From positions 23,952-87,951 of the forward strand of contig CAMZFU010000001.1 in the NCBI GenBank assembly GCA_947306185.1: DNA of 64,000 nucleotides, in the 5' to 3' direction. Numbering within the stretch: the stretch's first letter is position 1; each line of letters opens with the position of its first letter. The notes beneath the pieces are model-generated. The model saw only the letters and a program-made list of their open reading frames with translations, had not been told where the DNA came from and made no database searches. The translations under genes and the position numbers were made by a program. This document shows, piece by piece, positions 39,820 through 48,502 of the stretch. The DNA is from an uncultured Pseudomonadota bacterium. GTDB taxonomy: Bacteria; Pseudomonadota; Alphaproteobacteria; Rs-D84.

Positions 39820-41364
39820 TTAGTGCGCAGAACGCGACATATCTGCCATTTTTTGTAATGCTAAATTACTGCTGCTAGATAAAAATGACAAGACAATAAC
39901 GCTGCTATCTGAATTACCGTCATCTGTTTTAGGTTTACGTTCTTCAATAACTTTATCCAAATTTTCGATAAAGGTATTAAAATCAGAAAAATTGATACTA
40001 TCTACAAGGTTACCTTCTTTATCCAAAACTTTTTTCTTGGTAAGGTTTGTATATTTCAAGGCCTCCTTGATAAAATTTCTTAATTCTCTATCTGAAAATT
40101 TATCTGCACCATATTTGTCCTGAACTGAACGAACATACATTATCAAATCTTTAACTGTTAAATCTGTACCCAATATTTTAGATTCAGCATCTATTCTGGT
40201 TGTTTTTCTTTCAACTGGTTTAACAGTTTGTTCTTCTTGGACCGGTATTTTCTTGATGTCAATATCATTAGATATTTCTATAAGTTTATTCAACAAAATA
40301 TTACCCTTGGTATCAACAACAATAACACCTTGGTACAGCTCTACGAACTTTAATACATCGGCAAGATTTTTGCAGATATATTCTTTTTTAAGAAATCCTG
40401 GTTCAACAACCAACGTTTTTAACCCCGCTGGTAATGTACCAACCATGTCGCCTTTTTCATCTGTGGTAAAGAACACATCAAAACCACTGATACTATAGGA
40501 GCAATCTATTTTTTCTGCTACCGGAAATACAGTATCTTTTGTAATATAACTTGGTTCACCTTTTTCTGCGTCACCCTTACCCAAACCCACAAAGTAAACT
40601 GTACCTTGTACTTTTTTCGGTAATGTCTTGCCATACTTTGATGCATAGAAATCACCACCAACGATAATACGACCAATGAACGCATCATCTAATTCCGATT
40701 TTTTATCAATACATTTTCTTAGGTCAAGATTACCTTTGATACGTACAATTTTACCGGGGTAATCGGCCAAAATATTTTTGCATGCAACAGCAATATTTCC
40801 GGAAACAAAGCCGTTCATTATAAATTTTTCGTCTTCATCCAACAATTCAACTTCTGTTGCTTTACCAGATTTACCAACTTCTTGTTTATGTATAATGCTG
40901 CTAAGGTATTCTTTCGCATTTTCTGGTACAAAATCAGGGTATTTAACAATCACTTCTACACCTTGACCGTTTTGTGCCCTACTATACTGAACACCACGCA
41001 GTGCAAGCAATAAGCCTATTCTATTTATACCTTTTGGGGCCTCACCTATAAATATCGCTTCTTCCACTGTCACCTTTAAATACATCAATGATTTGATTTC
41101 CTTCGGTGAAAATTTGTAATGCTTCATAACCATTTCTGGTGTTAAATTTGGTTCCTTTTTCTGTGGTATACTTAAATCAGAACCCTTGCCAAAACGTTTT
41201 TCAAAATCATCTGCGTCTAACAAAAACACGTTTTTTGGATCCAAAACACCACCTGGCAAACCAACAGAATTTAATAACGCATTTTTTGCTTGGTCATCAA
41301 CATCAATTGGTGTAACCCCCATCATCTTAAGAAAATCTAATAAAATATCTAATGAATCGTCCAT
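39820..41364 (-). CDS. Large hypothetical protein, paralog family member B (shares C-terminal module with 34197..36452)
   Basis: 514 aa. …YITKDTVFPVAEKIDCSYSISGFDVFF…LKTLVVEPGF…VIVVDTKGN…TVKDLIMYVRS… is colinear with the 766-aa protein. Confidence 0.5.
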   Translation of the reverse strand: MDDSLDILLDFLKMMGVTPIDVDDQAKNALLNSVGLPGGVLDPKNVFLLDADDFEKRFGKGSDLSIPQKKEPNLTPEMVMKHYKFSPKEIKSLMYLKVTVEEAIFIGEAPKGINRIGLLLALRGVQYSRAQNGQGVEVIVKYPDFVPENAKEYLSSIIHKQEVGKSGKATEVELLDEDEKFIMNGFVSGNIAVACKNILADYPGKIVRIKGNLDLRKCIDKKSELDDAFIGRIIVGGDFYASKYGKTLPKKVQGTVYFVGLGKGDAEKGEPSYITKDTVFPVAEKIDCSYSISGFDVFFTTDEKGDMVGTLPAGLKTLVVEPGFLKKEYICKNLADVLKFVELYQGVIVVDTKGNILLNKLIEISNDIDIKKIPVQEEQTVKPVERKTTRIDAESKILGTDLTVKDLIMYVRSVQDKYGADKFSDRELRNFIKEALKYTNLTKKKVLDKEGNLVDSINFSDFNTFIENLDKVIEERKPKTDDGNSDSSVIVLSFLSSSSNLALQKMADMSRSAH

Positions 41365-41460
41365 TTGTATACCTCTTGTTTACCTTCTGCAGAAAACATA
41401 ACACAAAAATATACATTGTCAAGTTTTTTATTCTTTAATTTTTTTATGTTTTTTTGTAGA

Positions 41461-41841
41461 ATGCTCACCAAGAGAGAATTATCAGTGAAATACCTATTTC
41501 AATTTATGATTATTGTGTGTTTCGTCTTTTTGGGCGAACTGTGCGAATTTCTGATTCCACTGCCTATCGCGGGCAGTATTTACGGCCTTTTATTACTTTT
41601 TATCGCACTTTGTACACATATCATAAAACTTGAATGGGTGGCTGATGTGGCCGATTGGTTTCACAGTATAATGGCACTATTCTTTGTTGCACCGGCGGTC
41701 GCAATCATCGATATTTGGCCGGAAATATCCGGAATTTGGTATTATTTGGTACTTTTGCTGGTTGTGGCATATTTTGTAACAATGGTTATTACCGGAAAAA
41801 CAGCGGATTTTTTTCTTGAACGCGGGAAAAATAAAAAATGA
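41461..41841 (+). CDS. lrgA: Murein hydrolase regulator / holin-like protein LrgA (CidA/LrgA family)
   Basis: Four TM helices. IPLPIAGSIYGLLLLF motif. Likely ATG at 41461 (MLTKREL…). ORF-track start at 41365 is upstream in-frame. Confidence 0.6.
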   Translation: MLTKRELSVKYLFQFMIIVCFVFLGELCEFLIPLPIAGSIYGLLLLFIALCTHIIKLEWVADVADWFHSIMALFFVAPAVAIIDIWPEISGIWYYLVLLLVVAYFVTMVITGKTADFFLERGKNKK

Positions 41842-42536
41842 TGGAATTATTTACAAATTCGACATATTTTGGGGCGGCCATAACAATTGCGGCATTTATC
41901 CTTGCCAGCATAATAAACAAGAAATGGCCGAATCCGTTCTCTACCCCACTATTTTTGTCGACTATAACTGTTGCATTGATTTTAGTTTTACTAAAAGTTC
42001 CATATGATAATTACAATCAAAGTGCAAAATATCTAACATACTTTTTGATGCCTGTAACTGTGTGTTTTGCGGTTCCAATGTACCGTCAATTACCATTATT
42101 AAAGAAACATATTTGGACAATATTGTTCGCTATGCTTGTTGGTGTAATCGCTTCGGTTGTATCGGTATGCTTGGTTGTCGCACTTATTGGTTTAACAGAT
42201 ATTATTGCGCGTTCATTGGTTTCAATATCTGTAACAACTGCATTGGCAATTGGTATAACAAGAAAATTGGGTGGTATGGTTTCATTGACAGTATCCGCAG
42301 TTATTATAACAGGAATACTTGGTGCATCAGTTAGCGATAAATTATGTAAATGGATTAAATTAAAAAACCCTATTTCACGTGGTTTAGCAATTGGCAATGC
42401 ATCGCACGCCGCCGGTACGGTCAAAGCAATGGAAATGGGACATATTGAAGGTTCGTTTAGCAGTTTAGCAATTGTTATATCTGGCCTGATGACCGCGGCA
42501 TTGGCCCCAATTGCAATATGGTTTTATTTCGGATAG
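41838..42536 (+). CDS. lrgB: LrgB family membrane protein
   Basis: 232 aa polytopic. GLAIGNASHAAGT motif. ATGA overlap with lrgA. Confidence 0.7.
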   Translation: MMELFTNSTYFGAAITIAAFILASIINKKWPNPFSTPLFLSTITVALILVLLKVPYDNYNQSAKYLTYFLMPVTVCFAVPMYRQLPLLKKHIWTILFAMLVGVIASVVSVCLVVALIGLTDIIARSLVSISVTTALAIGITRKLGGMVSLTVSAVIITGILGASVSDKLCKWIKLKNPISRGLAIGNASHAAGTVKAMEMGHIEGSFSSLAIVISGLMTAALAPIAIWFYFG

Positions 42537-42570
42537 ACGCTGTATGCGGTATAATCCGCCATATACACGA

Positions 42571-43182
42571 TTAAAAGCATTCTTTTAATTCACTGTTATC
42601 TTCGTTTTGATCAACACGTTTATTACGTATTTCTTGGGCTGCATTAATTTTTTGTTTTATTAAAACAACATCTGGATGTGATTGAATTTTATAATTCATA
42701 TTTTCTATGACTGCCTCGATATCTTGGCGCGAATTAACAAAAACCGGCATCACAGAATTCGCCGCATTAAATACAGAATCTTTGATATCAGATTTCATAT
42801 CATTTATAACCGATAAATATGCATCAATATGTTTCTTTTCGTGATTAAGAATCGCATTATATGAACATGTTCCACGTATATGCGATTTATCAACTTTTAC
42901 CAAGAAATCATTATATCCAACATCCGCATCAAGTTTTTTTAGAACAACACAATAACCACCATCTTGGACAATAATATCTACGATTAAATCAAAATCTTGC
43001 ACCAATGTTGCAAGCACATTTCCATGTAATTTATCCATCGGTTCGTCTGGTTGAACAACACGTCTTTCATAATCTGGATTTGATATTTTTATTTTTGGAA
43101 TTAATTTATATTTAACACAATCATTTCCATATGCAATTCCATACAAACAAGATAAACATAAAATGCATATTTTTTTCAACAT
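42571..43182 (-). CDS. Secreted hypothetical protein downstream of virB4 (possible accessory T4SS component)
   Basis: Signal peptide MLKKICILCLSCLYGIAYG. 203 aa. Starts 2 nt after virB4 stop. Confidence 0.45.
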   Translation of the reverse strand: MLKKICILCLSCLYGIAYGNDCVKYKLIPKIKISNPDYERRVVQPDEPMDKLHGNVLATLVQDFDLIVDIIVQDGGYCVVLKKLDADVGYNDFLVKVDKSHIRGTCSYNAILNHEKKHIDAYLSVINDMKSDIKDSVFNAANSVMPVFVNSRQDIEAVIENMNYKIQSHPDVVLIKQKINAAQEIRNKRVDQNEDNSELKECF

Positions 43183-43183
43183 A

Positions 43184-45604
43184 CTATAAATCGCCTGCGC
43201 CTTGCTTTTTCAGATATTCTGCAACAAATGCCGAACCAAATTGTCTGTATAAATCTTCTGCCAAAAGCACAGATGAACGACCGGATTCAAATAATCGTAA
43301 TAAATTACCTAAACCACCAAGTTCTGTATTTAATATCACAGATTCATTATTCACTGGTCGCGCAAGTAATACCGCACGTTTTAAATTCGGATATGCTTTG
43401 CCTTGGATAAATGCCATTTCCAATGGATTCAGATTCCAATGTTCATAGTCCGCCGCATCCGCCGCCGGATTACGGAAGAACATAATTGTCTGTGCCTGAC
43501 CACGGACAACGTCCCCTATTCCTAATTTATCAAGTACGTTTGCGCGTTGGAAAGCGACCATATATGCCTGGCGATTTTTACGACCTTCTTGTAGTCCTGT
43601 TATAAAGTTATCACGGAACATCTTGTTTTCCAACATTGGCGCGGTTTCGTCAATCATAATCAATGACGGATTTCCACCAGACACAGTTGTATTATTTATA
43701 CGGTGTAATATATACGAAATAACCGCTGGTGCAAGTGTCGAATCTTGTAAAATATCGGTAAAGTCAAATGTTGTTAAACGTGATTGCAAATCAAGTGTAT
43801 CTGTTTCTTCATTAAAGATTTCACCATATTGCAATGGATCAACCCATTTTTTAAGTGCGCTGCGCATATTACCAGATGAAGAAAAACAACTTTCCCACAA
43901 ATTCTTTAACATACGGTCTTTATCAGATAGATAATCAAAATTTACGGATACTGCACGTGCAATTTCATCTGCAGATGTCGCATCTGTTTGTTCAGAAATC
44001 ATCGCAAACCAACGACGCAAAAATGCACGATTTGCGACAGTATCTTGCATTTTTAATGGATTTAAATGTGTCAAAAATGCTGTATCAGATTTTTCTTTAC
44101 CCTGCATAGTTATATACTTTCCACCAACCGCAAGTGTAAATATTTCTGCACCTTTGTTTCTATCAAAGAAAAATGCTTTTAATTTTTTATGCCGTAAAGA
44201 TTGCGCAATTAAAAACGAGAATAATGTTGTTTTACCACCACCGGTTGGACCAATTGTAAGTGTATGACCAACCGCCGCCGGTTTATCAGAAACATGGAAT
44301 TGGAATTGATACGGTGTTCCTTGGGCGGTTGGGAATATAACCAATGGCCCCTGACCCCAATCTGAATTTGCAATACCGCGTGGTGTGCTGGACATTGGAA
44401 TACTTATTGCCGCGGCACGTGACAACATTTTAAATGTACGCGGGAAAGTATCAAATCCCGGAATCATTGAAAACCATGATACCTTGGTCGCGAAATTTTC
44501 TTGTATTGGCGCCACACCAAACGATGCGCATATTTTCTTGAAATCATCTATATATTCTTTCAATTCTTGTTCAGATTTTCCGAATATCACAAAAAGTGGA
44601 TAATAATTAACCAACGTCTGATTACCGGAAACATTTTCATCCATAACAGATTCTGCATCAGATATTTGTTCTTCGGTTGAATCGTTTTCTTTTGATGCAA
44701 CATTACGACGTTGACGCAGGACCGCTTCGACATCGGCGGCACCCATAATCTTGAATCCATTCATACAAATTACTTCTGTTTGGATTGTATTTATAGAATC
44801 AAAGAAATCTTCGTCTAAATAATCCGGCGCGGCACGAAATGATATAAGACCCGCATAATATTCCCTATCGCCACTTATATATTTAACATTACCATTTGGT
44901 AAAAATTCAACATCATCAACGGTCGAAAGTTCTTTTATTTTTTCATCACATACTTGTGGTTCTGGTTTTGTAATTGGTGAAAATATACGGCCAAAAAATT
45001 TTGCCATATTATCACGAGAATCATTTTTAAGAACTTTTGGATTATATGGTGCAAGAATAGATTCTATATAATTTCCATATTGATTAAGTAAATCACGCGA
45101 TGCCGCACCACTATTTACAGATAAAACAATATAATAATTATTAATAAATATGCGCAAACCCTGGGAATGCCATTTATCATATATTTTCTGTAATACCGGT
45201 TGATCAAATTCATAATCAGTATTTTCTGCGACCGCGTCACGAATTGTAAAAAACCGCAATATTACATTTGGATCGTGAATCTGATTAAAAATTTGTGCCC
45301 TTAAATCAAGAAATTTTGCACGTTGTTCATCTGTTTGCATACTTGTCTGGACCCCAGAAACACGATAAACACGAATCAATGAACCGTTATCTATTTCCAA
45401 AGAATCATCAGTATAAACTGTATCAAATGGCACATATTCTGAATAATGTTTATAACCAAATTTTGGAAATACATGCTTAACGATTGTTGGAATATACACC
45501 ATTAAAATGATAAAAACACAAATAACCGCCACCACCATAACAGTAAGTGTCATAGTTGTTGAAAAACCACCACCGGCAAAATATCTAAAAAAACTTTCTA
45601 TCAT
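43184..45604 (-). CDS. virB4: Type IV secretion system ATPase VirB4/TrbE family
   Basis: 806 aa. Walker A TIGPTGGGKTTLFSF. Walker B SLIMIDETAP. N-terminal TM segment. Size and motif spacing typical of VirB4. Confidence 0.8.
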   Translation of the reverse strand: MIESFFRYFAGGGFSTTMTLTVMVVAVICVFIILMVYIPTIVKHVFPKFGYKHYSEYVPFDTVYTDDSLEIDNGSLIRVYRVSGVQTSMQTDEQRAKFLDLRAQIFNQIHDPNVILRFFTIRDAVAENTDYEFDQPVLQKIYDKWHSQGLRIFINNYYIVLSVNSGAASRDLLNQYGNYIESILAPYNPKVLKNDSRDNMAKFFGRIFSPITKPEPQVCDEKIKELSTVDDVEFLPNGNVKYISGDREYYAGLISFRAAPDYLDEDFFDSINTIQTEVICMNGFKIMGAADVEAVLRQRRNVASKENDSTEEQISDAESVMDENVSGNQTLVNYYPLFVIFGKSEQELKEYIDDFKKICASFGVAPIQENFATKVSWFSMIPGFDTFPRTFKMLSRAAAISIPMSSTPRGIANSDWGQGPLVIFPTAQGTPYQFQFHVSDKPAAVGHTLTIGPTGGGKTTLFSFLIAQSLRHKKLKAFFFDRNKGAEIFTLAVGGKYITMQGKEKSDTAFLTHLNPLKMQDTVANRAFLRRWFAMISEQTDATSADEIARAVSVNFDYLSDKDRMLKNLWESCFSSSGNMRSALKKWVDPLQYGEIFNEETDTLDLQSRLTTFDFTDILQDSTLAPAVISYILHRINNTTVSGGNPSLIMIDETAPMLENKMFRDNFITGLQEGRKNRQAYMVAFQRANVLDKLGIGDVVRGQAQTIMFFRNPAADAADYEHWNLNPLEMAFIQGKAYPNLKRAVLLARPVNNESVILNTELGGLGNLLRLFESGRSSVLLAEDLYRQFGSAFVAEYLKKQGAGDL

Positions 45605-45903
45605 GCCGATAATCTCCGTGGTATTTTACTTCTTATCATTTTTATTTTTGCAATCAAAACTTGCCCTATTTGTGAATCATTTTTTGCAAATTTTGCAAAC
45701 ACCATATGAACCAGACACACAGATATCAAAAAATACAGTGGATTAAGGAACTTGTTTACAAAATCAGGAAAAACCATTAAACCAACAACATACAAGACAA
45801 TAAACACAACGAACTGAACCATAAAATTCAGTATCGCCAAAGTATACGGCACACCAAACAAAAGCGATGGATTCGCCAAAGCTTTTAGTACTTGTTGTCT
45901 CAT
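45601..45903 (-). CDS. virB3: Type IV secretion system protein VirB3/TrbD family
   Basis: 100 aa. MRQQVLKALANPSLLFGVPYTLAILNFMV matches the VirB3 LxKGLTRPxxxFGVP motif. Two TM helices. ATGA overlap with virB4. Confidence 0.7.
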   Translation of the reverse strand: MRQQVLKALANPSLLFGVPYTLAILNFMVQFVVFIVLYVVGLMVFPDFVNKFLNPLYFLISVCLVHMVFAKFAKNDSQIGQVLIAKIKMIRSKIPRRLSA

Positions 45904-45929
45904 TTTACAGAAAATCCCTCCATGGATAA

Positions 45930-46140
45930 TTCCATTATAACAATTTCAACAATTTTCAACAAGCATAAAAAACAAAAACATAAATTTGTTAAAAATGTTG
46001 AAAAAATCATAATTTTTTAACAGTTTTTCAATAGGGATAGTTTTCAACAAAATTGATAAAAATCGCTAAAATCAGCCTAAAAACTGTTAAAAACTTTGTT
46101 GAAAATCCATTTTCCACAATTTCAACAGACACAACAAAAA
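45930..46140. promoter_or_regulatory. AT-rich intergenic array of TTTTCAACA/TTTTCCACA-like 9-mers in both orientations
   Basis: Copies at ~45945, 45955, 45990 (inverted), 46025 (variant), 46041, 46098 (inverted), 46110 (TTTTCCACA), 46119. Lies between divergent virB3 and rpmJ. Confidence 0.5.
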
Positions 46141-46212
46141 CAACAAAAAATAAATATAATATTTGATTTTTGTTAAAAAGTGTTTATAATGCCTTCGCAA
46201 AAAGGATAAAAA

Positions 46213-46347
46213 ATGAAGTTTTTAAGTTCTCTACGTGCATGGAAAAAACGTGGAAATATTAAACAGGTTCGTCGTGGAAAACAGGTTGTTTTGATTGATC
46301 CTGATAACCCAAAATTCAAGGCAAAACAGGGTTTTAAAAGAAAATAA
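46213..46347 (+). CDS. rpmJ: 50S ribosomal protein L36 (Cys-less type B / YkgO-like form)
   Basis: MKFLSSLRAWKKRGNIKQVRRGKQVVLIDPDNPKFKAKQGFKRK. AAGGA RBS 7 nt upstream. 44 aa, so below the ORF-track cutoff. Confidence 0.75.
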   Translation: MKFLSSLRAWKKRGNIKQVRRGKQVVLIDPDNPKFKAKQGFKRK

Positions 46348-46404
46348 ATCCTATGTTTTTTCGCATATCTTGTACGGTAAGCCAATAGGAATACCGTATT
46401 TTTT

Positions 46405-47100
46405 TTAGAATAAATCAAAATCGTTCATAAATGCCTCTATAAGGGCATCTTTAACCTCTGCCCCAGACAGACCGGCTGAACGCATATAGTTTTCTATTTT
46501 TTCGTCTGTATGGAAAATATAAGCACTATGGTCCGCAAAATCTGGAACCGATAAAATACGTTGGGTGGGCATAAATCTTATTTTTGCACTTTTATCCAAA
46601 GAATGACCGGCGAAACGAATATCTGACCGGCAATTTTTACAATTTGGGTTTATTATTGCGACCCCAGATACAGAAGAAAAACTGTTTTTGGAACCGATAA
46701 TTTTGGTCTGAATCAAAATACCGCTTTCGGGGGCATCATGTTCACCGACAATTTTTAATGATAATTCAGATGAATTTTTACATAAAATATGTCCACGAAT
46801 TTCAGATTTTTTCCCGGTGTTTTTGATAAAAATGTTAAAAAAGGCCGGGAATTTATTTTCTGTGTTCACACTTAAAAAGACCGGTTGATTTGGTACATTT
46901 ATATTTATATTTAATGTGTTATCATCTTTTATTTCACCAACATATATAATATGTATAGGTAAATTATACTTTTTATCTATATTTTCTGTTTGTGGCAGTG
47001 TTGAAAGTTCAGAATTATAAACCCCATCACAGTAAACAATAGTTTCTGATGGAAAAGTTTTTATATTGAATTTGTTCCACATGTATGACATATTATTCAT
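46405..47100 (-). CDS. SufD-like Fe-S cluster assembly protein fragment/short form
   Basis: 231 aa. Beta-helix-like repeats and C-terminal …DFADHSAYIFHTDEKIENYMRSAGLSGAEVKDALIEAF resembling the SufB/SufD C-terminus. About half the normal SufD length. Confidence 0.35.
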   Translation of the reverse strand: MNNMSYMWNKFNIKTFPSETIVYCDGVYNSELSTLPQTENIDKKYNLPIHIIYVGEIKDDNTLNININVPNQPVFLSVNTENKFPAFFNIFIKNTGKKSEIRGHILCKNSSELSLKIVGEHDAPESGILIQTKIIGSKNSFSSVSGVAIINPNCKNCRSDIRFAGHSLDKSAKIRFMPTQRILSVPDFADHSAYIFHTDEKIENYMRSAGLSGAEVKDALIEAFMNDFDLF

Positions 47101-47118
47101 ATTATAAAGGATTTTATT

Positions 47119-48198
47119 ATGGGTTTCAATTGTGGAATTGTTGGATTACCAAATGTTGGAAAATCAACACTGTTTAATGCATTAACGCAAAGTGCCGTGG
47201 CCGACGCGCAAAATTATCCTTTTTGCACTATCGAGCCTAATACAGGTCGTGTTGTCGTGCCGGATGAAACATTACATAAATTGGCGGCGGTTGATAATTC
47301 GGCCAAAATTATACCAACACAACTTGAAATTGTTGATATTGCGGGCCTTGTGCGCGGTGCATCAAATGGTGAAGGATTAGGTAATAAATTCCTTGGGAAT
47401 ATATTGGAAACAGACGCAATAATTCATGTTGTTCGTTGTTTCGAAAACGATGATATTGTTCATGTTGATGGTCGTATTGATCCAATTGCCGATATTGATA
47501 CAATTGAAACAGAACTTATGATGGCGGACCTTGAAAGTTTATCTAAACAAATTAAAAATCTTGAAAAAAAGGCACATGGTTTGGATAAAGAGGCAATAAA
47601 ATTACTTGCCGATGCCAAGGTTATTGCGGAAAATCTTGAAAAATCTGTGCCGGCGCGTGAAAGTGGCGTGGATACCAAACCATTTAATTTACTTACATCA
47701 AAACCGGTTATATATGTATGTAATGTTGAAGAATCGGCGGCGGCAAAAGGAAATAAATATTCTGATATGGTTGTAAGTAAGTTTTCTGGCAAGGCCCCGG
47801 TTTTAATAATTTCTGGAAAAATAGAAATGGAAATTGCGCAAATTGTTGACCCCGAAGAACGCAAAATGTTCTTAAATGATTTGGGTTTGGAACAATCGGG
47901 GTTGGAAAAGGTTATAAAAACCGGGTATGAAACATTGGGATTGCAAACATTTTATACGGTTGGACCAAAAGAAGCCCACGCATGGACAATCACGCGTGGT
48001 ATGACCGCGCCACAGGCGGCCGGTAAAATCCATACAGATTTTGAAAAAGGTTTTATCCGTGCCGAGGTTATTTCACCAGAAGATTATATAAATTATGGTG
48101 GTGAAGTAGCGGTCAAAGAAGCCGGAAAAATGCGCCTTGTTGGACGTGATTATGTGATGCAAGAAGGTGATATTTGCCATTTCTTGTTTAATAACTAG
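47119..48198 (+). CDS. ychF: Ribosome-binding ATPase YchF (Obg-family GTPase)
   Basis: GIVGLPNVGKSTLFNALT G1 motif. TGS C-terminal domain. 359 aa. Confidence 0.9.
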   Translation: MGFNCGIVGLPNVGKSTLFNALTQSAVADAQNYPFCTIEPNTGRVVVPDETLHKLAAVDNSAKIIPTQLEIVDIAGLVRGASNGEGLGNKFLGNILETDAIIHVVRCFENDDIVHVDGRIDPIADIDTIETELMMADLESLSKQIKNLEKKAHGLDKEAIKLLADAKVIAENLEKSVPARESGVDTKPFNLLTSKPVIYVCNVEESAAAKGNKYSDMVVSKFSGKAPVLIISGKIEMEIAQIVDPEERKMFLNDLGLEQSGLEKVIKTGYETLGLQTFYTVGPKEAHAWTITRGMTAPQAAGKIHTDFEKGFIRAEVISPEDYINYGGEVAVKEAGKMRLVGRDYVMQEGDICHFLFNN

Positions 48199-48227
48199 AG
48201 GTAATAAAAATTAATACAAATGATTAC

Positions 48228-48260
48228 GCGTGGTATAAAATACCACGCTTTTTTATTTTT
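48228..48260 (+). terminator. Rho-independent terminator after ychF
   Basis: GCGTGGTATaaaATACCACGCttttttattttt. Confidence 0.8.
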
Positions 48261-48502
48261 ATAAAAATTTTGTCTTGTTAGGTTTAAAAGTTTTATGTTA
48301 ACATAAATATGCCGACGGGTGTTCTATTGGCGGGGTGTAACTACCTCTCTGAAGATGTTGAAAATATTCAACAAAAAATCCAACCGCATGGTTGGATGGT
48401 TGCGAATATATTGAATAAGCACACAATTTCTTCAGATTGTAGTTAACATCCAACCACCTAAATTTATCTTGGTGGTTTTTCTTTTTAAGAAAGGTTAACA
48501 AT

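Noticed and set aside
41365-41460. ORF-track extension of lrgA to 41365 (158 aa)
   Set aside because: The extra N-terminal 32 aa are hydrophobic and nonsense-like, and overlap the upstream gene start region on the opposite strand. LrgA family proteins are ~120-130 aa, so ATG at 41461 is preferred.
45904-46212. Considered a CRISPR array because of repeated short words
   Set aside because: Repeat unit is only 8-9 nt, occurs in both orientations with irregular spacing, and has no spacer structure.
45904-46212. Considered CtrA boxes (TTAA-N7-TTAAC)
   Set aside because: TTAA half-sites are present but the second half-sites are inconsistent (GAAA/TCAA/GTTG). The DnaA-box-like or other-regulator interpretation fits better.
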